Shown piece by piece: positions 37,201 through 47,694 of a DNA stretch of 64,000 nucleotides; position 1 is the first letter of the stretch, and each line of letters opens with the position of its first letter. A program made the translations under genes and the position numbers. A model generated the notes under the pieces. The model was not told the origin of the DNA and made no database searches. It saw only the letters and a list, made by a program, of their open reading frames with translations. Origin of the DNA: a virus; the IMG/VR virus record IMGVR_UViG_3300050144_000106. One strand, 5' to 3'.

Positions 37201-37863
37201 CTCCACCGCGTCCACGGCGGCATTGGCCGGCGCGGTGGCGCCAAAAACCCCCACGCCAGCCGCAGGATCAAGCACGCGCCCACCGGCAAAGCCAAGCTCG
37301 CCCAGCAAGTCCCACACGCCCGATGCCACGGGCTTGGGCGTGTAGTACTCGTAAGCGCTGCCCTTCTTGCCGTCCGCACCCTCCAAGTTGCCACCGGTAC
37401 CGCTGTACTTGGCCAGAATGGCTTTCTGGGCGCCATCCAAGGCTGACGGGTTGACCTCGCCGGCATCTATCTGGCGCAGCAAGGCCAAGGCGGCCGTGTT
37501 GTCGCGCTTGCGCTGAGCCAGCTTGCGGCTGGGGTCAAACTCGTAGAGGTGGCCTTGGGGTGTGCGCACCGCCGGCGCGGGGCTGTCTGGGGTCGGGTCG
37601 GCCACCTGCGCCGGTGGCGGCGCCTCAGCACCGGCCGCCTTAGCTTGGCCAAGTAGCAGCGTGCGCAGCTCAGCCAGCCGGCGCCCCAGCGTAAGGCGCT
37701 CCCTCAAGCTGGGTTTAGCGGCCAAACTTTGGCGAACGCTGGCCAGTTCTTTGCCAAGCCGAATGCGCTGTAAGAGCGGGAGTTTGACGGCCGCAACGGC
37801 GGCATCCACTTTGTCAAACAGGGTACGACGACGGGCCAGCAATGCGGCGTAAACAGTGCTCAT
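31264..37863 (-). CDS. Giant N6-adenine methyltransferase + SNF2-type helicase protein (2199 aa), P1 DarB-like
   Basis: Methylase motifs are VLDPAAGVGVFG and VVTNVPFGE. Helicase motifs are GFGVGLGKTSTSL, LVIDEAHAFKN, GLSATPITNSPLE and QRDGRGVRQGN. A long C-terminal extension has no recognisable domain. Confidence 0.8.
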   Translation of the reverse strand: MSTVYAALLARRRTLFDKVDAAVAAVKLPLLQRIRLGKELASVRQSLAAKPSLRERLTLGRRLAELRTLLLGQAKAAGAEAPPPAQVADPTPDSPAPAVRTPQGHLYEFDPSRKLAQRKRDNTAALALLRQIDAGEVNPSALDGAQKAILAKYSGTGGNLEGADGKKGSAYEYYTPKPVASGVWDLLGELGFAGGRVLDPAAGVGVFGATAPANAAVDAVELNATSGRINALVNNGPGYATTVSAFEAVAAATPDEVYDAVVTNVPFGEVADRGGNQLKDTKYRREPIQNYFVLRSLEKLRPGGLAAFITPPRCVSGKDGKEESLRQRLSYMAEFVGAYRLPNSVFGTAQADTITDVIVLRKYSREVLDKVAELREQNPGVLTQAKVLWDEFIGGNYFKTSEGAKHVLGEFVAKDPNKLRDVDRVINTGSVADIAKLLRKFPPSRVEWALLDATETQPIIYNEGDTVRHAGQTLVMKGGAWVALPSESDQSARFEEVLGTLSTPLRAVLAKVEYPAAAQVLEQMQASGRGFDAPGWLRSTLSSVAGAPAAQQDGLWSAAAVGLAMDDVMHEAQAEDGPVNYLEEYPELSEAMKRYAGAAREVPATFNRRLKTAMAKIGIHYTRAGGYSAVWRGDVLPQDKPDERTPDQRFEALRYNAGGGSAWVSLGDAKGVLGEAFNPHASDDWCVSSDGASVCRAADYYVGNYGDFSRRIDGDIAAAKSDAVRDKLVRQKLVAEQRVSRLDPASMSFNLASPLVPLEQKAEFVRRFIDPRFVVAYDEQDGTPYIACDIKTPKNEHEKLLKRLGEYMRKRTVSLRGAEFSDNKKALEELRRMINEAEQAFGGWVRANPVVMGKLEALANDPERLYFEQADDESPLAVPGLNPDWGVKGFQCAYVRKTAREFSGINGFGVGLGKTSTSLVAVQYAQAIGTKKKTAFVVPNSVLSNWRKEAAKVYASTEDCLFVGLTVKADGSFSVSSSDYDRDLNRILENRHSKIFLTFEAFQRLRLKDATAAEYDKHLAKVDKAYAESDKNKDNERAKSLREALIFQLTQDKTKSAAAPFFEDLGIDSLVIDEAHAFKNSRKVNDFKGGKFLSLADPSGRGLDAQAKAWFVRKGNVRNDGVMGLSATPITNSPLEVYSMLSLTMGDQRVNDLMMVEGSDQFMELTCAMENRDEETLDGQIKSYDVFVGLNNAKALRRIIQQSCTIKTAEEVGEQIVAPDAGRASVAVDLPESVKATLQDYKGAFRFAIDTLMEKKTVGGSKDAYDRVAEKFGEPMELIGHPFNLINKMAALIADPELDDRATFYRVSAVQQVQVADLVARWETKAPVEERSRPGPMTLAGAVVGTKTIRDGDSDVTLVRIKALARVLDDGRLCLDSMDAQTQTAFETMAEKAGVDLDVSVPPKLAALLENFQNEEAHPRGVINGQRTQRVRQLIFCDTLAIHNKLRRLLIKRCGVPTGAIAIITGKVNGKPEEILAVQDGFNADGEGNKYRVVIMNEKGEVGLNLQKGTQAIHHLTTGWTPDSLTQRDGRGVRQGNETEMVRVYHYDADGTFDSYKRQLVSNKAGWIDSLMAKDGSDNVAIQSGLTREQLEALIDSVGDADAMTKMQQRATALEEQKRAVGTRNKQAVNLATAAKQLAFLAGNATPAHWYARKACACAVLLAQSSLLQERINNPRASASSVLRNQATKADIDARLIGLKRDLETSGTIKRKNGGRDDGQVVTLAQVTQEVQRSLKRGEKLEEEMFKSLTGATYPMFAIEVSDGSILQQDWQSEVDLARSMVEESKVNFKRLASEAGGMPAVLADKLETGEAAMVDGKPVCTGAFIRKDGNPLYLVRKSTRGDALVAVGWVLEQGAPITVSVADAMSGGGELVLPGMPGYDACLSTAAQVEERLSAVKPEHQPDLYSALLPEVGERCAKPVALRYTLRDYMLPSPLFPDVIDPAKAVEGTRVVRAIVEQQAAIVSDVRDGDYGAGVMFTAPASAGVLRRPAGRMQYSISLSSMLAFAAARGLKLTWSDAKAVVDRHTWPSRAVLLATHQGARLEDSLKDLSTQQEIDQALDQWVQQAFAGYDLTTDPDYSQGGAASLLQIASPGSVAIYANAIKALEAPKATEAAGVAPATKQREPGDNDLVLIGGETFTWKDQIKASAKAAGDVAKWKRELNAWEVPLRVWKRLIAAYPRAARSLTMKVSPPLAVAKN

Positions 37864-37887
37864 GATGGCGCTCGAATTAAAAAGCAG

Positions 37888-38442
37888 TCATTGCCCTTGG
37901 TGCGAATCTCGGTCGGAAGGCCAAGCCTCCCGACACAGGTTCACTTTTGCGCCGTACTGCGCAGCCAGATCAACGCCTTTTGCTGCCAATCCTCCGCCGC
38001 CCGCAACCAAACTTGCACCCTCTGCAAGTAGGCGTCCGCAGGTTGCGAGCTGTGTGCGGCAATCGGCGCCGGCAGGGCCGGGATATGCGGCGGGGCCGGA
38101 CAATCCAGCGGCGCCGTCTGCAATGCGGGCTGAGAGCTGGCGCAAGCGCTCAGTAGCACGCACAACATCATCGCGGGCCAATTGGCCTTGTTGCGCAACG
38201 TGCAAATACGATTCCAGTGCGGCATTTGCGCGCTCCTTCAGATTGCGCTCGGTGGCGCGGTAGCGGACACCAAGACCGACTAGCTGCTTGGCGTTTTGGG
38301 CGTTTTCGGTAGCCCACTGCTCTTTGGTTTGCGTGTGCGCAGTGGTTTCGGCGGCAAGGCGCAGGGTTTGCATGCCAGCCAAGGTCAGCAACACAAGAAT
38401 GGGTAAAAAGCGAGTCAGGCCCATAGCGGTATTGATAAGCAT
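37888..38442 (-). CDS. Rz: i-spanin (Rz-like, 184 aa)
   Basis: N-terminal TM helix (LTRFLPILVLLTLAGM), a coiled-coil periplasmic domain, and an embedded lipoprotein ORF in the +1 frame. Confidence 0.7.
   Translation of the reverse strand: MLINTAMGLTRFLPILVLLTLAGMQTLRLAAETTAHTQTKEQWATENAQNAKQLVGLGVRYRATERNLKERANAALESYLHVAQQGQLARDDVVRATERLRQLSARIADGAAGLSGPAAYPGPAGADCRTQLATCGRLLAEGASLVAGGGGLAAKGVDLAAQYGAKVNLCREAWPSDRDSHQGQ
37941..38225 (-). CDS. Rz1: o-spanin (Rz1-like lipoprotein) fully embedded in the Rz-like gene
   Basis: Signal peptide ending in the lipobox LLSAC, then a Pro-rich mature part (ASSQPALQTAPLDCPAPPHIPALPAP...). The start could also be the Met pair at 38171/38168. Confidence 0.65.
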   Translation of the reverse strand: MPHWNRICTLRNKANWPAMMLCVLLSACASSQPALQTAPLDCPAPPHIPALPAPIAAHSSQPADAYLQRVQVWLRAAEDWQQKALIWLRSTAQK

Positions 38443-38480
38443 GAAGTGATGTGGCGGTGAAGAATATTGGTTTGCGCCGG

Positions 38481-39560
38481 CTATCGCATTTCGTTTAGTT
38501 CAGCCAACCGCTTGTTTAAGGCAATTCTTTCCCTGAGTCCAACAGTCGGGCTGGCCAATTTCTCTTTTATTTGTGAAATTTCACTTTTGTCCGGCAAGTT
38601 AACTTGCTTTTTTGTTTTTTCAATTAATTTTCCGTCGCTTACTGAAAATTCGGTAAATATATTTCTTGGGTTGCTTTTTGATAAAAGAGGAAGATTGTTT
38701 GCCCGCGAATAGGTTATATAGCCTGATGTTAGCGAAGCAACCTTTTTTTCTGCTGGTGTCTCTGCTTTTTTAAAGTAGATTTTTAGTTTTTTTGCAGCGG
38801 GATTTGCCACATTGTTCAAAACACTTGACTCAAATAAATCGCTTAATTTTTCATCTTCAAAAATATCATCCTCAGTGAAGTTGTTGCCCCTAATTTCCCC
38901 GCCGGAGTAAGTTGAAATAACAAAATCACACACGCGACCCACAGCGTCGCCAGGATCAAATAATTTGGCGTACTTGGCTTTGATCCCGGAAACCGAATCA
39001 ATGCCCTCTTCTTCTAGAGATACCAAAGAGTCGGCCACTTGATTTTTTATCTCCAAAATCGCCTGCGAGGAAATTGATCCGCAAAAATTAACCCAATCCT
39101 CGCAATTAAGAAAGCTCTCTGCAAAACTTGCATTGTGATAATCACGCAAGGCAAGGTGAAATTTGAGGCGTCCGTTTTTGAATGTATATTTTCCCTTAAC
39201 AATCGCCTCTGCCGCAATTTTTTCTTTTTGTGAATTTTGCCCCAAGTAAGCATTTATTTTCTCAAGAACTTCCGCGCCCACCTCCATCCCCGCCTTGTGC
39301 TTAAAGTAATCGCTTGCAGATACCCCCATCTTTTTTAACTCTTCCGGGTTTGGATCGGATGTCGGGAGCGTCCTTGCAACAATGTCGGTAAGCCAATCCA
39401 TATAATCGCTAAAGCTTTTTCTTTTGGCTGAATCAAAAGCAAAGCGGGGCAAGCCAGAAAAAAGAATGGCAATGATTTCATTTCTTTCCAGGCGCTGTAG
39501 CGGCGAAAGCGCATCAACATCCCGGTAACGCTCCAGCTCTTTTTTCCAATCGTATGACAT
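38481..39560 (-). CDS. Orphan AT-rich protein (359 aa), no recognisable domain
   Basis: Start at ATG 39560 (MSYDWKKELERYRD...). It begins 16 nt after the stop of the 1291-aa gene, and its base composition differs strikingly from its neighbours. Confidence 0.75.
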   Translation of the reverse strand: MSYDWKKELERYRDVDALSPLQRLERNEIIAILFSGLPRFAFDSAKRKSFSDYMDWLTDIVARTLPTSDPNPEELKKMGVSASDYFKHKAGMEVGAEVLEKINAYLGQNSQKEKIAAEAIVKGKYTFKNGRLKFHLALRDYHNASFAESFLNCEDWVNFCGSISSQAILEIKNQVADSLVSLEEEGIDSVSGIKAKYAKLFDPGDAVGRVCDFVISTYSGGEIRGNNFTEDDIFEDEKLSDLFESSVLNNVANPAAKKLKIYFKKAETPAEKKVASLTSGYITYSRANNLPLLSKSNPRNIFTEFSVSDGKLIEKTKKQVNLPDKSEISQIKEKLASPTVGLRERIALNKRLAELNEMR

Positions 39561-39575
39561 GGCTTTCCCCAAAAA

Positions 39576-43451
<3,876 letters not shown>

Positions 43452-43516
43452 GGGGCGCCTGGGGCAGAGTTACCGCGTAGCAAGCGGGCAATGCGGGCCT
43501 AATGCTTTGACTTTTG

Positions 43517-43985
43517 AAGCTCGCCTTTTTGGGGGAGCTTTTAGCACCGAGAAGGCTCGCCGGATGAGCCGCAGCGTGCGCAGCGCGGGCAAGCATGGCG
43601 ATGCGCTTCGCGGCATCTAAGGTCAGCAGGCATTCGATGCGTGCCTGACCCGTTGCTGAAAGCTCCCCTTTTTGGGGGAGCTTCAAAAAGTCGAGGCCTT
43701 CGGTCAGCATCGCCCGCTTCACCTGGGCTTTGATCCAGTCGGAGAAGTCCTTGCGCACCCCTAGGCCGGCGTGCGGCTTGGATGCCAACACGGCGCACCT
43801 GTTTTTTACTCCCCCAAAAAAGGGAGCAAAAAGCTCCCTCATTCTTTGGGTGGTCTTCAAAAATGGCGAGGTGCTTCGCAGCGCCTAGGATCAACAGGTT
43901 CTCACGGCGGTTATGCCTGCCGCGCTCTGTTCTTTGCTCGCCTTTTTGGGCGAGCAAAGGGTTCTCGCCTTTTTGGGCGAGAACC
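43517..43985. repeat. Cluster of five palindromic hairpins with T5 (A5) loops
   Basis: The five hairpins are 43517-43540, 43660-43683, 43821-43839 (inverted polarity), 43932-43959 and 43960-43985. The shared core is CTCSCC-TTTTT-GGSGAG with 7-11 bp stems. Confidence 0.85.
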
Positions 43986-44050
43986 ACAAAATCGAAGCCT
44001 TTGGCCAGCATCGCCAGCACATCGCCAGTCCTCCAGCGGATGCGGCGCAT
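43861..44050 (-). pseudogene. Truncated or frameshifted second AntA-like copy
   Basis: ...FDFVVLAQKGENPLLAQKGEQ...RRENLLILGAAKHLAI has the C-half of an AntA-like domain with a duplicated LAQKGE. Its frame runs on over the next gene (track ORF 43541..44050) without a domain-like continuation. Confidence 0.35.
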
Positions 44051-44063
44051 ACCCAGCTTGACT

Positions 44064-44648
44064 TCAAACCCCGTCTAGAAACTGCGCCACCGCCGGAATG
44101 TGGGTCAGGTTGCCTGCTGCCTCCAACACCAGCTTGGGCACGAAGGGCGGCAGCATCAGTGTGTTGACCTTGTCTTGCACGAAGTAGGTCAGCACCACGC
44201 CTAAACCGGGGAACACCATCACCATGTCCCCCTTGCCTACCTCGAAGTAGCCCGCCTCATCTGGCCCCGCCAAAGGCTCGATGCGAGCCTCCACCAGCTG
44301 GGGCGCATCGGCGCCTTGGCCGTTGTCAAACATCGACGCACCTTGGTAGGGCTGCAAAATTTGCAGCTTGCCGTGGAACGCATCATCCGGGCCAACGGGC
44401 TGGTAATCCATGTCAGCCTCTTCGTCGTCGGCCAGCACCGGGATACCGCCGAGCATGGGCTGGCCACCAAAGCTCTCGCCTGCGCCGCCCAGCACATCCG
44501 TAGTGCTGGTTTCATCCATGCGCAAAAACACCTTGCGCCACACCTGGCAATCCAGGCTCGCCGGGTGGTTGAGTGTGACCATGCGGGCGGATTTGGCCAG
44601 TGCCTCGGGCACGCCGGTTAGCGAAGAGGTGATGAGCGGCAGAGGCAT
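44064..44648 (-). CDS. Hypothetical virion protein (194 aa)
   Basis: ORF on the late strand with an acidic middle. Confidence 0.5.
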   Translation of the reverse strand: MPLPLITSSLTGVPEALAKSARMVTLNHPASLDCQVWRKVFLRMDETSTTDVLGGAGESFGGQPMLGGIPVLADDEEADMDYQPVGPDDAFHGKLQILQPYQGASMFDNGQGADAPQLVEARIEPLAGPDEAGYFEVGKGDMVMVFPGLGVVLTYFVQDKVNTLMLPPFVPKLVLEAAGNLTHIPAVAQFLDGV

Positions 44649-44717
44649 TGCGTGGGTTGATCTGGCGGGTTGAGGTGCTTCAGTGTGCGGTCGCCCAAGC
44701 TACGCACACCGGCGCGC

Positions 44718-45800
44718 TTATTTGCCCATCATCATCTCCAGCAGCCGCTTGGCGTCATCTTTTGACAGCGTGCCTAGCAGCCCCTTCATCTTGTTTGCCG
44801 CTTCAGCAAGCTGCCCCTCGCGCGCCTTGGCTGCGGCCTGCTTTTCTGCCAGCTTGGCAGCCTGGGCCAGCGCCCGGCGTTGCGCCGCCGGAGTTTTCCG
44901 GGCCGCATCCTTGCGGGCCTTGGCCATCGCCGCTGATTCGACCTTAGCCGATACATTCCCCCGGTTACGGGCGTCCAACTGCTTTTGGACATGCTCTCGC
45001 GCTTCCTGTGCGCTGACCTTCACCGGCTTGGCGCGAGTGCCTCGAACGGCCTCCAGCATCTTGACCACGCCAGCCTTCACCGTGGGGTCTTTTTGCAAGG
45101 CCGTCATCACCCGCAAGACATGCTTGCAGCCAAGCCCCACCAGGTTTGGGTTGCGGATCTTCGGGAACGCTTGCTCTTGCCGGCCCGCGCAGTAATTGCC
45201 CAGGGTGGCCATGTAGCGCAGCCAAAAGTTAAAGCGCCCGCAGTCGCAGTCAAACAGCAGCCGATCCTTGAGCATGGACGCTGCAATCTTGGCCGGGTCG
45301 GCTGGCGAAGCTGACCAAGCCGGGAAGTCAGCAAACATCACATGGACGTGGTGGCGCGCCACATCACTATCCGGCCCCGAGTTGGTGATGAAGTGCAGCT
45401 CACCACGGTTGGCTGACATCAGTGCCGCCACATGAATTTGCGCATTGGCCCGCGCAATGTCTATGTCCAGGGAGTGATCGAGCACCGTCTTGGCCGTGAT
45501 CCCAGAGGCCAAAGACTTTTCGCGCGCGCTGATGATGCGCTTGAACTGCCGCAAGTCCTCTGCGGTAATCGGGCGTGTTTTCGCGCCGTTGCCCAGCGTC
45601 GTCAGCAGCACGCTTTCAAAGCCGGTTTTCCCACCGATGTGGTCGGGCAGCAGCAGGTTATCGGCGGCGTCGCGCCGGGCTTGCTCCGCATCGCGCTGCC
45701 TGGCCACCTCCGCGCCGTAGCCGGACTTACCGCCGAACAAGCGCTTGAGGTCAATTCCGGGCCGGCGCGCGGCCGCTTTGGGCGAGGGCATGCTGGCCAT
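44718..45800 (-). CDS. SWIM zinc-finger protein with Lys/Ala-rich C-terminal tail (360 aa)
   Basis: CDCGRFNFW...GLGCKHVLRV fits the CxCxnCxH SWIM pattern. Confidence 0.6.
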   Translation of the reverse strand: MASMPSPKAAARRPGIDLKRLFGGKSGYGAEVARQRDAEQARRDAADNLLLPDHIGGKTGFESVLLTTLGNGAKTRPITAEDLRQFKRIISAREKSLASGITAKTVLDHSLDIDIARANAQIHVAALMSANRGELHFITNSGPDSDVARHHVHVMFADFPAWSASPADPAKIAASMLKDRLLFDCDCGRFNFWLRYMATLGNYCAGRQEQAFPKIRNPNLVGLGCKHVLRVMTALQKDPTVKAGVVKMLEAVRGTRAKPVKVSAQEAREHVQKQLDARNRGNVSAKVESAAMAKARKDAARKTPAAQRRALAQAAKLAEKQAAAKAREGQLAEAANKMKGLLGTLSKDDAKRLLEMMMGK

Positions 45801-45803
45801 GAC

Positions 45804-46157
45804 TTAGGCTCCGGTGCTCAGCGGATTGTCGGGCGTGCCATCGCGCTTCCAGGCCTGGGTGCGCAAGCCATGCAATGCTTTTAGCGCCTCGCGCTGCGCC
45901 GGCGTGGGCAGTCGCAAGACGCGCGGCGTGAGGGGTTGCTCTGGCGAGTCCAGGCCAGAGGCGGCGTAGATGGTGAGCCACTCTTCGGTGTCTGCGTACA
46001 CCTCGTAGGCAATGCGGTGCAGCCCATTCCATTCGTAGCCGGGAGGCACCTCTTTCAGGATGCACTCAGCCCAATCCGGCTGTGTCTGGGCAAAGGTACG
46101 CACGGCCTCGAAGTATTTGGCCGCAGCGGTGTAGCGCGTGACGGGCATGGTTGGCAT
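45804..46157 (-). CDS. Hypothetical protein (117 aa)
   Basis: Tight packing in the late operon. Confidence 0.5.
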   Translation of the reverse strand: MPTMPVTRYTAAAKYFEAVRTFAQTQPDWAECILKEVPPGYEWNGLHRIAYEVYADTEEWLTIYAASGLDSPEQPLTPRVLRLPTPAQREALKALHGLRTQAWKRDGTPDNPLSTGA

Positions 46158-46171
46158 AAGGAGGCAAGCCT

Positions 46172-46831
46172 TTATTCACCGCCAGGTGGCTGACTACCAA
46201 AGAAAAAGAGGCCCGAAAACAAACCCCTGCCCGCCACGATGTTGTGGTGGTGCGAGCGGCTCACACCACCGGTGCCGCCGGCGCCGTTGCGCGCGAAGAC
46301 GGTTTCCTGTCCGCGCATGGATTGCGCCACCAGCTGCTGGCCAGCTTGCGCCACATGCTCCGCCTCCAGCAGGCGCCGACTCAGCCAGCACAGAGCCAGG
46401 ATGGCGGCGTGAGCATTCTCAGCGCCGGGGTTCAGCCGAATCTTGGGCTTGCCGTTGTCATCCATCCCGTCAAAAGCGACGGCGGATTCCATTTGCCAGC
46501 GCTGGGCGCCCTTGTCTAGCACCAGCAAGCCCTGGGATTGCATCGAGCGCATCTCCATCACGGCGTCGATGATTTCTGCGAATGAGAACAGCCCATCAAA
46601 GTCTTCGGCCCGCCAGTTGTCGGTGACAAAGGCGGCCGGCCCGGCCTTGGTGGTGTTGCGCTGGTGTAGCGGCTTAGGCGTGGAGCCGGTGATGATGAGC
46701 GTGCCGGTGACGAGGTGCAATGCCCCGACGATGGTGACTGGCGCGCCCCCAAAGGTCAACATCGTGGCCTGCATGGCCTGCATGGCCTGCATGGCCTGCA
46801 TGGCCTGCATGGCCTGCATTGGCTGCGTCAT
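46172..46831 (-). CDS. Hypothetical virion protein (219 aa) with N-terminal (MQA)6 repeat
   Basis: ATGA overlap with the upstream gene. The repeat was read directly from the sequence. Confidence 0.55.
   Translation of the reverse strand: MTQPMQAMQAMQAMQAMQAMQATMLTFGGAPVTIVGALHLVTGTLIITGSTPKPLHQRNTTKAGPAAFVTDNWRAEDFDGLFSFAEIIDAVMEMRSMQSQGLLVLDKGAQRWQMESAVAFDGMDDNGKPKIRLNPGAENAHAAILALCWLSRRLLEAEHVAQAGQQLVAQSMRGQETVFARNGAGGTGGVSRSHHHNIVAGRGLFSGLFFFGSQPPGGE
46765..46827. repeat. 9-bp tandem repeat TGGCCTGCA x6 plus one degenerate copy
   Basis: Read directly. It is in frame and encodes MQAMQAMQAMQAMQAMQA at the N-terminus of 46172..46831. Confidence 0.95.
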
Positions 46832-47694
46832 GTCGCCCCCCCTGCGCCAGTAGACAAAGATTGCATCAGCGCCTCAAACCCGCCCAATAGATCGTGCGGG
46901 CCGCCCTGCACCGACGGTGGCGCGGGCACAAGGGCGCCCATCGTGGTGCGCGCCAGCATTGAGGCTGCCGATCCCATCGGCTCAAGCGACGGTGTGGCCG
47001 CTTGCCCGCCACTGGAAATCACCGCTGCGCCCGCTTGCGCGTAGCCCTCACCGTTTGGCCCGGCGTCTATGTGCGGCACCGTGGGCACCAGCTCCACATC
47101 GATGCGGTACACCCGAATCCGGTTTTGTTCGACTTGCTCGGCAACGGCGTAAGCATCCCCGGCTTTTACCTGGCATGGCCATGCCGTGAGCTGGTCTGCC
47201 GTGCTTACTGTGTAGCTAAACGAGGTGCCCGCCACGTCAAGCGTGAAGCTGAGGAATTGGGCGGCCATGTCGCGGGCCGTTTCGATGTCTGCCGCCACCA
47301 CCACTAGCTGCGCCCGCAGCGCTGCCATCGTGGTGCGCAGTTTCATCCAACGCGCGTCGCCGCCGGGCAGCTGCACAAACATTGGGCGTAGCAGTGTTGT
47401 GTGGCCGTACTCGGGCGGCAATGGGTTGAGGTCGTTGGCCACGGCCACCAGCATGACGGGCAGGAAAGCCGAAGAGCCGGGCTTGGTGCTGTTGGCGTTG
47501 GTTCGCCAAGCCTTGAGCATTTCGTCCACCGCATCCACCATCCGGCCGGGCACATGAGCCATCGCCAAACGCACGTCACGGCTCTGCCACTCCACCCCCG
47601 CAGCGGTGCATGGGATGAACCATGTGTCCCGAAACGTTTGCAGCCAGCGCGCAAACCCCGCGCGAACGGGCAAGAAGCTACCGTTAGCGGCCAT
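46828..47694 (-). CDS. Hypothetical head-module protein (288 aa)
   Basis: It follows the protease/scaffold-like gene. No motif recognised. Confidence 0.45.
   Translation of the reverse strand: MAANGSFLPVRAGFARWLQTFRDTWFIPCTAAGVEWQSRDVRLAMAHVPGRMVDAVDEMLKAWRTNANSTKPGSSAFLPVMLVAVANDLNPLPPEYGHTTLLRPMFVQLPGGDARWMKLRTTMAALRAQLVVVAADIETARDMAAQFLSFTLDVAGTSFSYTVSTADQLTAWPCQVKAGDAYAVAEQVEQNRIRVYRIDVELVPTVPHIDAGPNGEGYAQAGAAVISSGGQAATPSLEPMGSAASMLARTTMGALVPAPPSVQGGPHDLLGGFEALMQSLSTGAGGAT

Noticed and set aside
31879-37446. Several long plus-strand ORFs (31879..32664, 34021..34789, 35257..36363, 36448..37446)
   Set aside because: All are antisense within the 2199-aa methylase-helicase gene, whose motifs are unambiguous. 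Their composition is His/Arg/Gly/Ala-rich noise.
43541-44050. 169-aa ORF as one intact gene
   Set aside because: Only its first ~60 residues look domain-like (AntA-type). The rest overlaps the better-supported AntA-like ORF 43414..43860 in another frame. I treat it as a truncated or frameshifted copy.
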